Source: a virus (lineage: Duplodnaviria > Caudoviricetes). From it: a stretch of 33,417 bases of DNA. The stretch lies in IMG/VR virus record IMGVR_UViG_3300043103_000064, positions 1 to 33,417 of that record; one strand, 5' to 3'. This document shows, one piece after another, positions 1 to 8,450 of this stretch; position 1 is the stretch's first letter; every line of letters begins with the position of its first letter. A model generated the notes under the pieces. The model made no database searches, had not been told where the DNA came from, and saw only the letters and a program-made list of their open reading frames with translations. The position numbers and the translations under genes are program-made.

Positions 1-1
1 C

Positions 2-88
2 AGTCACAAAGGCGACCAATTGTATGAAAAATTTGACCACACAATTCGTTTCCAAAAAGTGAAGAACTTTTCAAGTATGGTAGAATAA
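2..88 (+). CDS. gp46: 3' end of recombination endonuclease ATPase subunit (gp46/SbcC-like), partial
   Basis: Frame 2 reads SHKGDQLYEKFDHTIRFQKVKNFSSMVE*, the (I)SH H-loop and C-terminus typical of T4-like gp46; lies upstream of gp45/44/62 as expected. Confidence 0.8.
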   Translation, partial: SHKGDQLYEKFDHTIRFQKVKNFSSMVE

Positions 89-100
89 GAAAGGCATAAC

Positions 101-511
101 ATGATTGTAGGATTCACGGCGTCTGCATTTGACCTTCTTCACTCTGGACACATTACGATGCTCCGTGAAGCGAAAGCGCAGTGCGACTATCTTATCTGCG
201 GGCTTCAACTTGATCCGTCAATTGACCGAGAAACAAAGAACAAGCCAATTCAAACTATGGTCGAGAGATACATCCAATTGTCCGCTGTCAGATATGTGGA
301 CGAAATAGTTCCGTATGTCACAGAAAAAGACTTGACAGATATTCTTTCTTCGTATAGTATAAATATACGTATCCTCGGTGATGAATACAAAGATAAAGAC
401 TTCACAGGTAGAGACCTATGCGATAGACTCGGCATAGGTCTCTATTTTAACACAAGAAACCATCGTTTTTCATCAAGTGAATTGAGGCAACGTATTTCTG
501 ATAATAAATAA
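101..511 (+). CDS. TagD-like (glycerol-3-phosphate) cytidylyltransferase, HIGH superfamily
   Basis: FDLLHSGH (HxGH), R-x-LGDEY and C-terminal FSSSELR (SSS/T-x-R) motifs; AAGG SD upstream. Confidence 0.85.
   Translation: MIVGFTASAFDLLHSGHITMLREAKAQCDYLICGLQLDPSIDRETKNKPIQTMVERYIQLSAVRYVDEIVPYVTEKDLTDILSSYSINIRILGDEYKDKDFTGRDLCDRLGIGLYFNTRNHRFSSSELRQRISDNK
332..365 (+). promoter_or_regulatory. Overlapping sigma70-like (TTGACA-17-TAGTAT) and T4 late-type (TATAAATA 358-365) promoter candidates inside the cytidylyltransferase gene
   Basis: Both consensus matches are seen directly; they lie ~165 nt upstream of ORF 527. Confidence 0.4.
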
Positions 512-526
512 GGACAATGACAATTT

Positions 527-1396
527 ATGATAGAGAGAATTTATATACCCACAGTCAGACGATGTGATAATCAAATTACATTTAACAACTTACCAAAAGA
601 ACTTCAAGAACGAGTTATTATGGTAGTTGAACCTGGTGAACGGCATCTTTATGATTATCCTTGCACTTATTTGGAAATACCAGAACACATAGTGGGAAGT
701 TGGACTCAGTTAGCGCAGACACGGTTCTTTATCCATAAACATGCTGGCGCGATTAAGTATTGTGTCGCTGATGATGACATTATGATTAAACGCAGAAATG
801 CCAAGTATTGGACAGGCACGTCCAATCTTGAAAAGTCTAAGCGATTTGCCACTCCAGAAGATATACTTCTGATGTATGAGTCGGTCGATAAATGGCTTGA
901 TGAAGAGTCTATAGGAGTTGTCGGTCTTTCTGATCCAGGACCACCTCCTTCGAATAGTGAATATGTCGATACCGTAGATGTGTATTCCTATGTGTTTTAT
1001 GACGGCAGAATGCTTTCGAAGGTTATAGATGACATGGACATTTGTTCTTTGAGAATCGCAGAAGACGTCCTGTTTCTTTATGAGGTTCTCTCTAGAGGGA
1101 TAAATACCAGAAAGTCTAATGAGTGGATGTATGATAACAGAAGCATGTATGACAAGAAAATGGCGAAATCGCGAATAGTCTGGACAGAAATGTATAAAGA
1201 CGGCGAAGAGAAGCCCGTCAACTTCTATCAGAGCAAAGAGCATTACGTTGCTATGGAATATATTCAAAAAAAATATCCTCATGGGATAAAGATTTTTGAG
1301 AAAGATGGCAAGATGAAAAATGTGAAAATGTGGAAAAAAGTATATAAACCATCGACAGAAAATATGGCAAAGATAGACGGATTTTTCGAAGATTAG
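527..1396 (+). CDS. GT-A glycosyltransferase, T2/T6 beta-glucosyl-HMC-alpha-glucosyltransferase / TAGT-like
   Basis: IYIPTVRR, VVEPGE, LAQTR, ADDDI (DxD) and AEDVLFLYEVLSRG parallel the IPSYQR / GIAGTR / IDDD / CEDMYAFLNLINQG pattern of the T-even enzyme. Confidence 0.7.
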   Translation: MIERIYIPTVRRCDNQITFNNLPKELQERVIMVVEPGERHLYDYPCTYLEIPEHIVGSWTQLAQTRFFIHKHAGAIKYCVADDDIMIKRRNAKYWTGTSNLEKSKRFATPEDILLMYESVDKWLDEESIGVVGLSDPGPPPSNSEYVDTVDVYSYVFYDGRMLSKVIDDMDICSLRIAEDVLFLYEVLSRGINTRKSNEWMYDNRSMYDKKMAKSRIVWTEMYKDGEEKPVNFYQSKEHYVAMEYIQKKYPHGIKIFEKDGKMKNVKMWKKVYKPSTENMAKIDGFFED

Positions 1397-1399
1397 AGG

Positions 1400-1428
1400 T
1401 TGACAATCCATCGAATCAGTGATATATT
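1400..1428 (+). promoter_or_regulatory. Sigma70-like promoter with GANTC in spacer
   Basis: TTGACA(1400)-17 bp-TATATT(1423), TG extension, CGAATCA in spacer; intergenic. Confidence 0.75.
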
Positions 1429-1454
1429 TGGTTACGTATATAGAAAGCGAATAA

Positions 1455-2987
1455 ATGACAAACGACACGCCAAAGCCAGAAGTAGAAGAAAGTTCTTCGT
1501 ATGTCAACTACATGAACAGCGAAGATCGGTTTAATGATCAATACAATGTGAGTCTTGATCGCTTCTTTGGTGAACCAATTAAACCTGCGCTCGCAGATGC
1601 CACGAAAGCAAAGAGGAAGAACACATCTGATTGGAAAGCAATCTATGTACACCTTAACACTCTCGAAGATATGGTAGACTTCTGTAAGGTAATCAATCAA
1701 ATGATTCCCGGAACAGTCCGTGAAACTTATTATCCCTTGCATGATCCGGATGTGAGTGTTGTTTCTGTAGATGATACACCTGTCACGATTGATCCAGCGT
1801 TGCTGATTTCAAAATTTAAAGATGATGACGAGGTATCTACTCTAGACGGTGTTGAAATTTCACTTGAAGAAGCAAAATGGAAGGCACACTGGAAAGGTAT
1901 GCCAGACTTTGAGCAAGAACAAAACTACGCTTTCCGTTCAATCATAATGAAGTTTCGCAAAAAAGAACATTTCAAAGAGTTCGCAAAGCGCATTGGTCAA
2001 GACCTATCTGACAAGACAAAAAGTATTCGGCATCCTAAGCTGAACATCACTAAAAATATGCTATTGCGCTGGATTCAACCTGAAGGCAGAACTCTTCCTA
2101 AACATCCGTTGTATATCGTATCAAAGGGTCGTGCTGACACCATGATGACTTCGCGGTCGTTATCAAGAATGCAAGTGCCACATTACATTGTCATTGAGCC
2201 ACAAGACCACGAAGCATACGATAAAGCACTTGACAAGTTTGGTATTCGCCCTTATGTGACGCTTATTGTTGCTCCGTTCTCGAATCATGGTGATGGACCT
2301 GGTCGTGCAAGAAACTATGCGTGGGATCACTCTATCAGTATCGGTGCTACAAGTCACTGGGTACTTGACGATAACATTGCAGACTTCTATCGCCTACACC
2401 AGAACCAGCGTATTCGCATCGAAAGCGGTGTTTTCTTTCAAATGATGGAAGACTTTGTTGATCGGTACGATAATATCTATATCGCTGGTCCACAGTACCG
2501 TTTCTTTATTCCTTCGGATAAGAAGAACCCACCCTTTGTTGTAAACACTCGCGTATATTCGACACTGCTTATCCGTAACGACTGCAAGCACCGCTGGCGT
2601 GGACGTTACAATGAAGATACGGACATCTGTCTTCGCGTCCTGAAAGACGGTGATGTCTGCCTACAGTTCTATGCATTTCTCCAAGGCAAAGCGGCAACTC
2701 AATCTGTCAAGGGCGGCAATACCGCTGAGTTTTACCATGCAGAGTTTGCGGAAAATGAAGAGTTCGAAAAGAGTGGATACAACAGTCTTGGCACTGTCAA
2801 CAAGTCGCAGATGTTAGTGGACATGCACCCCGATGTTGCAAGACTCGTATGGCGCTATGATCGCTGGCACCACTATGTCGATTACTCGTCATTTCGAGAT
2901 ACCGAAATGAGACTGAAACCTGGTGTAGTGTTGCCAGAATGCAACAACAACTATGGTATGAAATTGATCACGGATTTCAAAGAATAA
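1455..2987 (+). CDS. TAGT/GREB1-like glycosyltransferase with duplicated N-terminal module
   Basis: C-terminal ~300 aa: PLYIVSKGRA, GPGRARN, HWVLDDNI, RWRGRYNEDTDICLRVLKDG, KGGNT; the N-terminus holds two similar ~37-aa segments. Confidence 0.75.
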   Translation: MTNDTPKPEVEESSSYVNYMNSEDRFNDQYNVSLDRFFGEPIKPALADATKAKRKNTSDWKAIYVHLNTLEDMVDFCKVINQMIPGTVRETYYPLHDPDVSVVSVDDTPVTIDPALLISKFKDDDEVSTLDGVEISLEEAKWKAHWKGMPDFEQEQNYAFRSIIMKFRKKEHFKEFAKRIGQDLSDKTKSIRHPKLNITKNMLLRWIQPEGRTLPKHPLYIVSKGRADTMMTSRSLSRMQVPHYIVIEPQDHEAYDKALDKFGIRPYVTLIVAPFSNHGDGPGRARNYAWDHSISIGATSHWVLDDNIADFYRLHQNQRIRIESGVFFQMMEDFVDRYDNIYIAGPQYRFFIPSDKKNPPFVVNTRVYSTLLIRNDCKHRWRGRYNEDTDICLRVLKDGDVCLQFYAFLQGKAATQSVKGGNTAEFYHAEFAENEEFEKSGYNSLGTVNKSQMLVDMHPDVARLVWRYDRWHHYVDYSSFRDTEMRLKPGVVLPECNNNYGMKLITDFKE

Positions 2988-2990
2988 TGC

Positions 2991-3019
2991 TTGACATCGA
3001 TAACGAATCGATGTATGTT
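2991..3019 (+). promoter_or_regulatory. Sigma70-like promoter with GANTC in spacer
   Basis: TTGACA(2991)-17 bp-TATGTT(3014), CGAATCG at 3004-3010; intergenic. Confidence 0.75.
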
Positions 3020-3047
3020 GTAAGTGAAGAGACAAAGAGGATATATT

Positions 3048-4577
3048 ATGACAAATGTGAATCTGACCCATGCTGAAGTAAGCGACAGTTTTATCTTTGG
3101 TAGTGGCAATACAATGACCGGTGTTCCGTTCGAATTTGCGGGCGAAGTTACCTATAAGCAAAAGCACAAAGAAGCAGAAGACTATCTGGTCGATCCTTTT
3201 ATGGAGTTGATCAATTCTCCTGAATACTTGACTGACTTCAACCACATGAAAGTTCTTACTGGTGTCACTGGTCAAGGCAAGACTTTCTTTACCTGCACCA
3301 AGTTCATTCCCACTCTCTGGGAAAAGTTTGATCTGCAACTAGTCATCATAACTGCACCACAAACTGTTATTCTAGATTATGAGTTGTTGCAAGATACAGC
3401 GATTGATTGCCGCGCGATTTTCTGCCGAAATGCTTTTGAAGCGTTAACGCATTTGCGCCGTGGTAAGAAAGTCATTTTCGCTTCAACAAACCAGGGTTCA
3501 TTTGTTACCGCTTCTGGCAGCATCTTGTTCGATTTGATCAAATCGAACAAGATTCGCTTTGCGATTTTTGTTGATGAAGCCCATATGTGGACAATCTCTC
3601 ACGGCGATAACATGTCTAAAGTATCTGGTCGTGGTGGCGCTGGAGAGTATAAGGCAGCCCTGTATAATGATGTTTCGAAACTGTCAGAAATCAGCCCACA
3701 CATCTTCGGTATCACTGCTACTCCAAACCACGAACATACTGGAGTAGTTAAGCCTATCGGTAATATGCGCTTCTCTCTGATCAATGAATTGCCACCTCTT
3801 AGCGTTATGATTTACCGCAGCGCTTGGCTTGATAGCACAACTTTCTTTGATCGTCGCGGTAATGGTGTAGATGTTGCCATCTCGTTCATGAACTTCTTAG
3901 ATAACATGCACGAAAAAACACAAAAGACCGGCAACAAGCGGACTATGATTATCAACTGTGCGCGAAATAACTCCGCAAGATATAACACAGAAGATGTCCT
4001 AGCTATGCTTGCTGGTTATTATGCGTGTGTGTTTCCTGATGAAGCCGATGTCGAATCTATCATCGAAATGAATGCCGACGGTTGTTTCCTTCGCTCTCCA
4101 GATGGCAGTTTCAACAAAAAAATTCTTGGCGGTGACGAAGAAGCGAAAGCCCTACTAAACGATAAAAATCACCCAGCAAAGTTCGCCTTGATTATCGAAA
4201 AGGGTAAAGCTGGTATGAACATCTTCAACTTGAAGCACCTGTTCTCTTTCCGTGATACAAAGCCTAAGACTGATGACGGCGAACTCGTGATCGATATGAT
4301 GCTGCAAACAATCGGTCGCCTTGTTCGTTTGAACACTGGAGTTGAAAACTCTGAGTTCACTAAAAAATATGGCTACGACTTGCGCAAGTATGTCGACCAA
4401 GCATCAGAAGAGGAACTCGAAAACTTGTTGGTAGATAACTCCTTCGATATCTGTGTTCCATACACCGGCAACTGGGTAAAGGCTACCAATGTTTTTCGAT
4501 CCAAGTATTCTTCCGAAGTGGCAGTCGCCCGCAAGTGGATCGAAAATCGCAAATTAACAGAAAAGTTCCGCGCATGA
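3048..4577 (+). CDS. Superfamily 2 (DExH) helicase/ATPase
   Basis: GVTGQGKT (I), ITAPQ (Ia), VDEAH (II), ITATP (III), KAGMNI (V), QTIGRLVR (VI); ATG 3048 follows a GAGG SD. Confidence 0.8.
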   Translation: MTNVNLTHAEVSDSFIFGSGNTMTGVPFEFAGEVTYKQKHKEAEDYLVDPFMELINSPEYLTDFNHMKVLTGVTGQGKTFFTCTKFIPTLWEKFDLQLVIITAPQTVILDYELLQDTAIDCRAIFCRNAFEALTHLRRGKKVIFASTNQGSFVTASGSILFDLIKSNKIRFAIFVDEAHMWTISHGDNMSKVSGRGGAGEYKAALYNDVSKLSEISPHIFGITATPNHEHTGVVKPIGNMRFSLINELPPLSVMIYRSAWLDSTTFFDRRGNGVDVAISFMNFLDNMHEKTQKTGNKRTMIINCARNNSARYNTEDVLAMLAGYYACVFPDEADVESIIEMNADGCFLRSPDGSFNKKILGGDEEAKALLNDKNHPAKFALIIEKGKAGMNIFNLKHLFSFRDTKPKTDDGELVIDMMLQTIGRLVRLNTGVENSEFTKKYGYDLRKYVDQASEEELENLLVDNSFDICVPYTGNWVKATNVFRSKYSSEVAVARKWIENRKLTEKFRA

Positions 4578-5209
4578 GAAAAGACTTTATCTTTGACCTA
4601 GAAACTATTGGGGCAAACGTTTACGTTTGTCCCGTAGTCGATATGGCATATGCTACATTCGATTGGGGTCGTTTTATAGACGATCCCTATTCGTTTGAAG
4701 AACTCGTAACAGATACCGTGAAGACTATGAAGGTGTCTGTGAAAGATCAGATAAACAATTACGGGTGTCTTTTCAAAAAGAAAGATTTGGAGTGGTGGGA
4801 AAAACTACCAGAACACGCAAGAAAAAAATTGAAGCCGACACCAAATGACTTGACAGTCGTTGACTTTTGTGATAGTCTATTAGAATACCTAAGACAACAG
4901 GGCAATATCGAATACTGGTGGTCAAGAGGCAACACTTTTGATCCCATTGTTTTATGGAGACTTCTGAATGCCGAGCAAACGGCACTACTAGACCAATATC
5001 TCAAATTCTACAAAGTCCGTGACATTCGGACATACATTGACGCTAAGTTTGATTTTGCGGTCAAGACTGGGTTTGTTCCTGTTATTGATGAAGATTATTG
5101 GAATAAAGCATTCGTGGCACATGATAGTACCCACGATGTTGCGGCAGATATTTTGCGCTTGCAAGCGATTTACAGGGCAGAAAATGATTTGGAGAATATA
5201 AATAGATGA
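4574..5209 (+). CDS. dexA: DexA-like DEDDh 3'-5' exonuclease
   Basis: FDLETIG, WSRGNTFD, VRDIRT and HDSTHD motifs; ATGA overlap with the helicase stop. Confidence 0.8.
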   Translation: MRKDFIFDLETIGANVYVCPVVDMAYATFDWGRFIDDPYSFEELVTDTVKTMKVSVKDQINNYGCLFKKKDLEWWEKLPEHARKKLKPTPNDLTVVDFCDSLLEYLRQQGNIEYWWSRGNTFDPIVLWRLLNAEQTALLDQYLKFYKVRDIRTYIDAKFDFAVKTGFVPVIDEDYWNKAFVAHDSTHDVAADILRLQAIYRAENDLENINR

Positions 5210-5658
5210 CAGAAAGTGTATATAATGCTGCTTCAAGTGGAGCATTGCGTGAAGCGTTAGGTGTGCCTTACTTTAGGCAAGTTCCATTAGAAGCCGTAGC
5301 AGCCGGCGCAACATCCCTAGAATACGGTGCAATTAAATATGCGAATCGTAACTGGGAAAAAGGTTTACCTTGGCAGCAAATGATTGATAGTTTGAGGCGT
5401 CATCTGGACGACTTTGAGCGCAGACAGGACTATGATGATGGTGTTGATGGTTCAGGTCTGCATCAAGTTTGTATGATTATGGCTTCGGCTATGATGTTGT
5501 CTGCTTCTGTTATTCGCGGTATTGGTGAAGATGACCGACTACCTGAATTGAGAGATGAAGCGTATTCTGCTAAAGGGTGCGCTAAATGGATGAAAACGCA
5601 ACTCGAAAGAGCCGAAGAGTTTGCAAAATTGAAAGAGAGTATGACAATTGGATCTTAA
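5206..5658 (+). CDS. dATP/dGTP diphosphohydrolase (DUF5664-like)
   Basis: YGAIKYANRNWEKG, SLRRHL and D-x-SGLH motifs. Confidence 0.8.
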   Translation: MTESVYNAASSGALREALGVPYFRQVPLEAVAAGATSLEYGAIKYANRNWEKGLPWQQMIDSLRRHLDDFERRQDYDDGVDGSGLHQVCMIMASAMMLSASVIRGIGEDDRLPELRDEAYSAKGCAKWMKTQLERAEEFAKLKESMTIGS

Positions 5659-6559
5659 TATTACCGCAGAAATGCTTCAAAAGAAAAAACTAATGATTTG
5701 CACACCAATGTACGGTGGTCAATGCGCGGGCATGTTTACAAAATCAGTAAACGACCTTGCTATGGCATGTGTTCGTCACGGCATTGAAATTCGTTTCTAT
5801 TACCTGTTTAACGAATCACTGATTACTCGCGCCCGAAATTATTGCGCAGATGAATTTGTGCGTTCGGACTGCACCCATCTGATGTTCATTGACTCCGATA
5901 TCGGCTTCGATTACAAAGATGTTCTTACACTGTTACATATCGCTGATGAAGGCACTGGATATGATGTTGTTACTGGTCCTTATCCTAAGAAAACGATTGC
6001 TTGGGAAAAGATTAAAGCTGCGGTAGATAAAGGTTATGCTGAAAAGAACCCCTTTGCTCTTGAACAATTCATGGGCGACTTCGTGTTTAACCCTGTACCT
6101 GGAACTACAGAGTTCCGTTTAGACGAGCCAGTAGAAGTTCAGGAGGCTGGGACTGGTTTCATGATGATCCACAAAAGCGTCTTCACAAAATACGCAGAAG
6201 CGTATCCTGAACTAAGCTATAAACCCGATCATGTTCGTACCGCTAACTTTGATGGTAGCCGTGAAATTCACGCATACTTTGATTGTATCATTGATCCAGA
6301 TACTCGTCGGTATTTGTCAGAAGATTACATGTTCTGCTACAATGTCCGTAAAGCTGGCATGAAAGTTTGGATGTGCCCGTGGATGAAACTGTCTCATGTC
6401 GGTAGCTACACGTTCGGTGGTAGTCTTGCTGCGCTTGCCGCAATTGCAGCATCGCCAACTGCAAGTGCTGAGTCCAATTCTAAAAACTACTTGACAGAAC
6501 CTAATTCAGATGTTACTCTGAATAGACAACAACGCCGCGCGGCAAAAAAGGGTAAATAA
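5648..6559 (+). CDS. GT-A fold glycosyltransferase-like protein (type common upstream of gp45 in T4-like phages)
   Basis: ICTPMYGG, ESLITRARN, HLMFIDSDI (DxD), GTGFMMI, YLSEDYMFC, HVG; TTG start is uncertain. Confidence 0.75.
   Translation: MDLNITAEMLQKKKLMICTPMYGGQCAGMFTKSVNDLAMACVRHGIEIRFYYLFNESLITRARNYCADEFVRSDCTHLMFIDSDIGFDYKDVLTLLHIADEGTGYDVVTGPYPKKTIAWEKIKAAVDKGYAEKNPFALEQFMGDFVFNPVPGTTEFRLDEPVEVQEAGTGFMMIHKSVFTKYAEAYPELSYKPDHVRTANFDGSREIHAYFDCIIDPDTRRYLSEDYMFCYNVRKAGMKVWMCPWMKLSHVGSYTFGGSLAALAAIAASPTASAESNSKNYLTEPNSDVTLNRQQRRAAKKGK
6491..6519 (+). promoter_or_regulatory. Sigma70-like promoter for gp45, embedded in the upstream gene
   Basis: TTGACA(6491)-17 bp-TACTCT(6514) with TG extension. 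Confidence 0.65.
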
Positions 6560-6560
6560 T

Positions 6561-7229
6561 ATGAAATTTAGCGAAAATACACTATCGATTCTCAAGAACT
6601 TCTCCACAATTAATCCCAGTGTGATGTTCAAATCTGGCAACACCATTCGAACCATTTCTCCTCAAAAGACAGTTATGGCGTCTGCAACGATTGCGGAAAC
6701 TTTTACATCAAATGCTGGTGTATATGATCTGTCTCGTTTTCTCGGAACTCTTTCTCTGTTTACTGATCCAGAAGTAGAATTTATGGACAAACAGTTCTTG
6801 ATCAAAAGCGGGAACGGTCAAAGCACTGTGAAATACACATACGCTGCGGAGTCTATGATTGTAACTCCTCCAGACAGCGATATTGCTCTTCCTAATGCAG
6901 ATGTGATCGTCAATTTGCCAAACGATGATTTGCAAAAAGTCATCCGTGCTGCAAGCGTTCTTCAACTCGGAGAAATTGCTTTTAGGGGCGATGGAGAAAA
7001 TATTAGTATCGTCGCTCTTGACACAAAGAATCCAACTGCCGATGGATTCGATATTGTATTGTCTGCAACAACAGACAAAAACTTTCTCATGGTTATCAAA
7101 GTTGAAAACCTGAAACTACTCCAAGCCGATTATACGGTATCGCTATCGTCTAAAGGCTTGGCACATTTTAAGTCTGATAAAGTCCAGTACTTTATTGCAA
7201 TCGAAAAAAACAGCACATTTGGAGCATAA
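6561..7229 (+). CDS. gp45: DNA polymerase sliding clamp
   Basis: TLSILKNFSTINPS, YDLSRFL, KVENLKL and YFIAIE are typical gp45 motifs; synteny. Confidence 0.93.
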   Translation: MKFSENTLSILKNFSTINPSVMFKSGNTIRTISPQKTVMASATIAETFTSNAGVYDLSRFLGTLSLFTDPEVEFMDKQFLIKSGNGQSTVKYTYAAESMIVTPPDSDIALPNADVIVNLPNDDLQKVIRAASVLQLGEIAFRGDGENISIVALDTKNPTADGFDIVLSATTDKNFLMVIKVENLKLLQADYTVSLSSKGLAHFKSDKVQYFIAIEKNSTFGA

Positions 7230-7230
7230 C

Positions 7231-7431
7231 ATGACAGAACAAACACAAGATGCAGGTATTACCCTTAACGATATCACACTTGCGGTGCAACTAATTGATG
7301 TTGCATCTGCGCGCGGAGCAATTCGTGGTGAAGAAATGGCAGCCGTTGGAATCCTTCGCCAGCGTTTCTCGGCTTTTCTAAAGGCAAATGAAACAGCACC
7401 AGAAGCAACAGAAGAAGCGCCTGCTGAGTAA
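7231..7431 (+). CDS. Small hypothetical protein between gp45 and gp44
   Basis: GGAG SD, ATG 7231; ITLNDI..IDVASARGAIRGEEM..VG; fills the gap between core genes. Confidence 0.75.
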   Translation: MTEQTQDAGITLNDITLAVQLIDVASARGAIRGEEMAAVGILRQRFSAFLKANETAPEATEEAPAE

Positions 7432-7439
7432 TAAAAACA

Positions 7440-7479
7440 AAGGGAGAGGGTTGACAAATCCTCTCCCTTACTATATGAT
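7440..7479 (+). promoter_or_regulatory. Sigma70-like promoter for gp44 with the -35 hexamer at the tip of a 13-bp hairpin
   Basis: TTGACA(7451)-17 bp-TATGAT(7474); AAGGGAGAGG(7440-49)/CCTCTCCCTT(7460-69) inverted repeat. Confidence 0.7.
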
Positions 7480-7508
7480 GATAGATGTATACTTGAAAGG
7501 ATTATATT

Positions 7509-8450
7509 ATGAAAGATGAATTCCTATATGTTGAGAAGTATCGCCCAAAGACTGTTCAAGACACCATTCTACCAGTCGAACTGAAAGCCACATTTCAACA
7601 GTTCGTTGACCAAAAGAATGTTCCGAACTTGCTTCTAACTGGTCGTGCTGGTATCGGTAAGACTACTATTGCGAAGGCGATGCTCGAAGAAATTGGTGCA
7701 GATTACATTGTAATCAACGGATCGATGAATGGTAACATCGACACACTGCGAAACGAGATTGCAAACTTTGCGTCCTCTATCTCGTTTACTGGTGGTCGTA
7801 AGTATGTCATTCTTGACGAAGCCGATTACCTAAATGCCAACTCTACACAGCCAGCCCTTCGCAACTTTATGGAAGAGTTCTCGAACAACTGTGGTTTCAT
7901 TCTTACTTGTAACTTCAAGAACCGTATCATTGAACCTCTGCACTCTCGGTGTTCTGTTGTTGAATTTGCCATTCGGAATGCTGAGAAGCCGAAGATGGCT
8001 GCATTGTTCTTCAAACGCACCTGCAACATTCTTGAAAAAGAAGGCGTGACTTTTGATCAAAAGGCTGTCGCTGAGTTCATCCAACTTTACTTTCCAGATT
8101 GGCGTCGGTGCTTAAATGAACTCCAACGCTATTCGGCCACTGGTAAGATTGACGCTGGTATTCTCGCAAATAAGAATGAAGAAAACATTGACACTCTTAT
8201 CGGCTTCATGAAAGAGAAGAAGTTTACAGAACTGCGAAAATGGGTTGCTGAAAATACTGACATTGAGTCCTCAGTTCTGTATCGTCAACTGTATGATGTT
8301 CTTCCAAAGAAGATCAAAAGCACCCAATCCTTGGCGTCTGCCATTATCATCCTAGCCGAATACCAATACAAAGAAGCGTTTGTTGCTAACTCCGAAATCA
8401 ATCGCGTGGCTGCACTCGTGACTCTGATGGCAGAGGCAGATTGGAAATGA
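7509..8450 (+). CDS. gp44: Clamp loader large subunit (AAA+)
   Basis: VEKYRP, GRAGIGKTT, ILDEAD, PLHSRC and FPDWRR motifs. Confidence 0.95.
   Translation: MKDEFLYVEKYRPKTVQDTILPVELKATFQQFVDQKNVPNLLLTGRAGIGKTTIAKAMLEEIGADYIVINGSMNGNIDTLRNEIANFASSISFTGGRKYVILDEADYLNANSTQPALRNFMEEFSNNCGFILTCNFKNRIIEPLHSRCSVVEFAIRNAEKPKMAALFFKRTCNILEKEGVTFDQKAVAEFIQLYFPDWRRCLNELQRYSATGKIDAGILANKNEENIDTLIGFMKEKKFTELRKWVAENTDIESSVLYRQLYDVLPKKIKSTQSLASAIIILAEYQYKEAFVANSEINRVAALVTLMAEADWK

Noticed and set aside
710-1507. 265-aa minus-strand ORF
   Set aside because: Antisense shadow of the glycosyltransferase gene; F/I/H-rich with no motifs, and no convincing SD or promoter.
5197-5204. Exact TATAAATA before the DUF5664 gene
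   Set aside because: It ends 1 nt before the ATG at 5206, so the transcript would start inside that gene. It may be chance or serve the next gene; not called.
6561-6590. gp45 N-terminus MKFSENTL as a capsid-targeting motif
   Set aside because: It lacks the second aromatic/hydrophobic position and terminal Glu pattern, and is a normal gp45 start.
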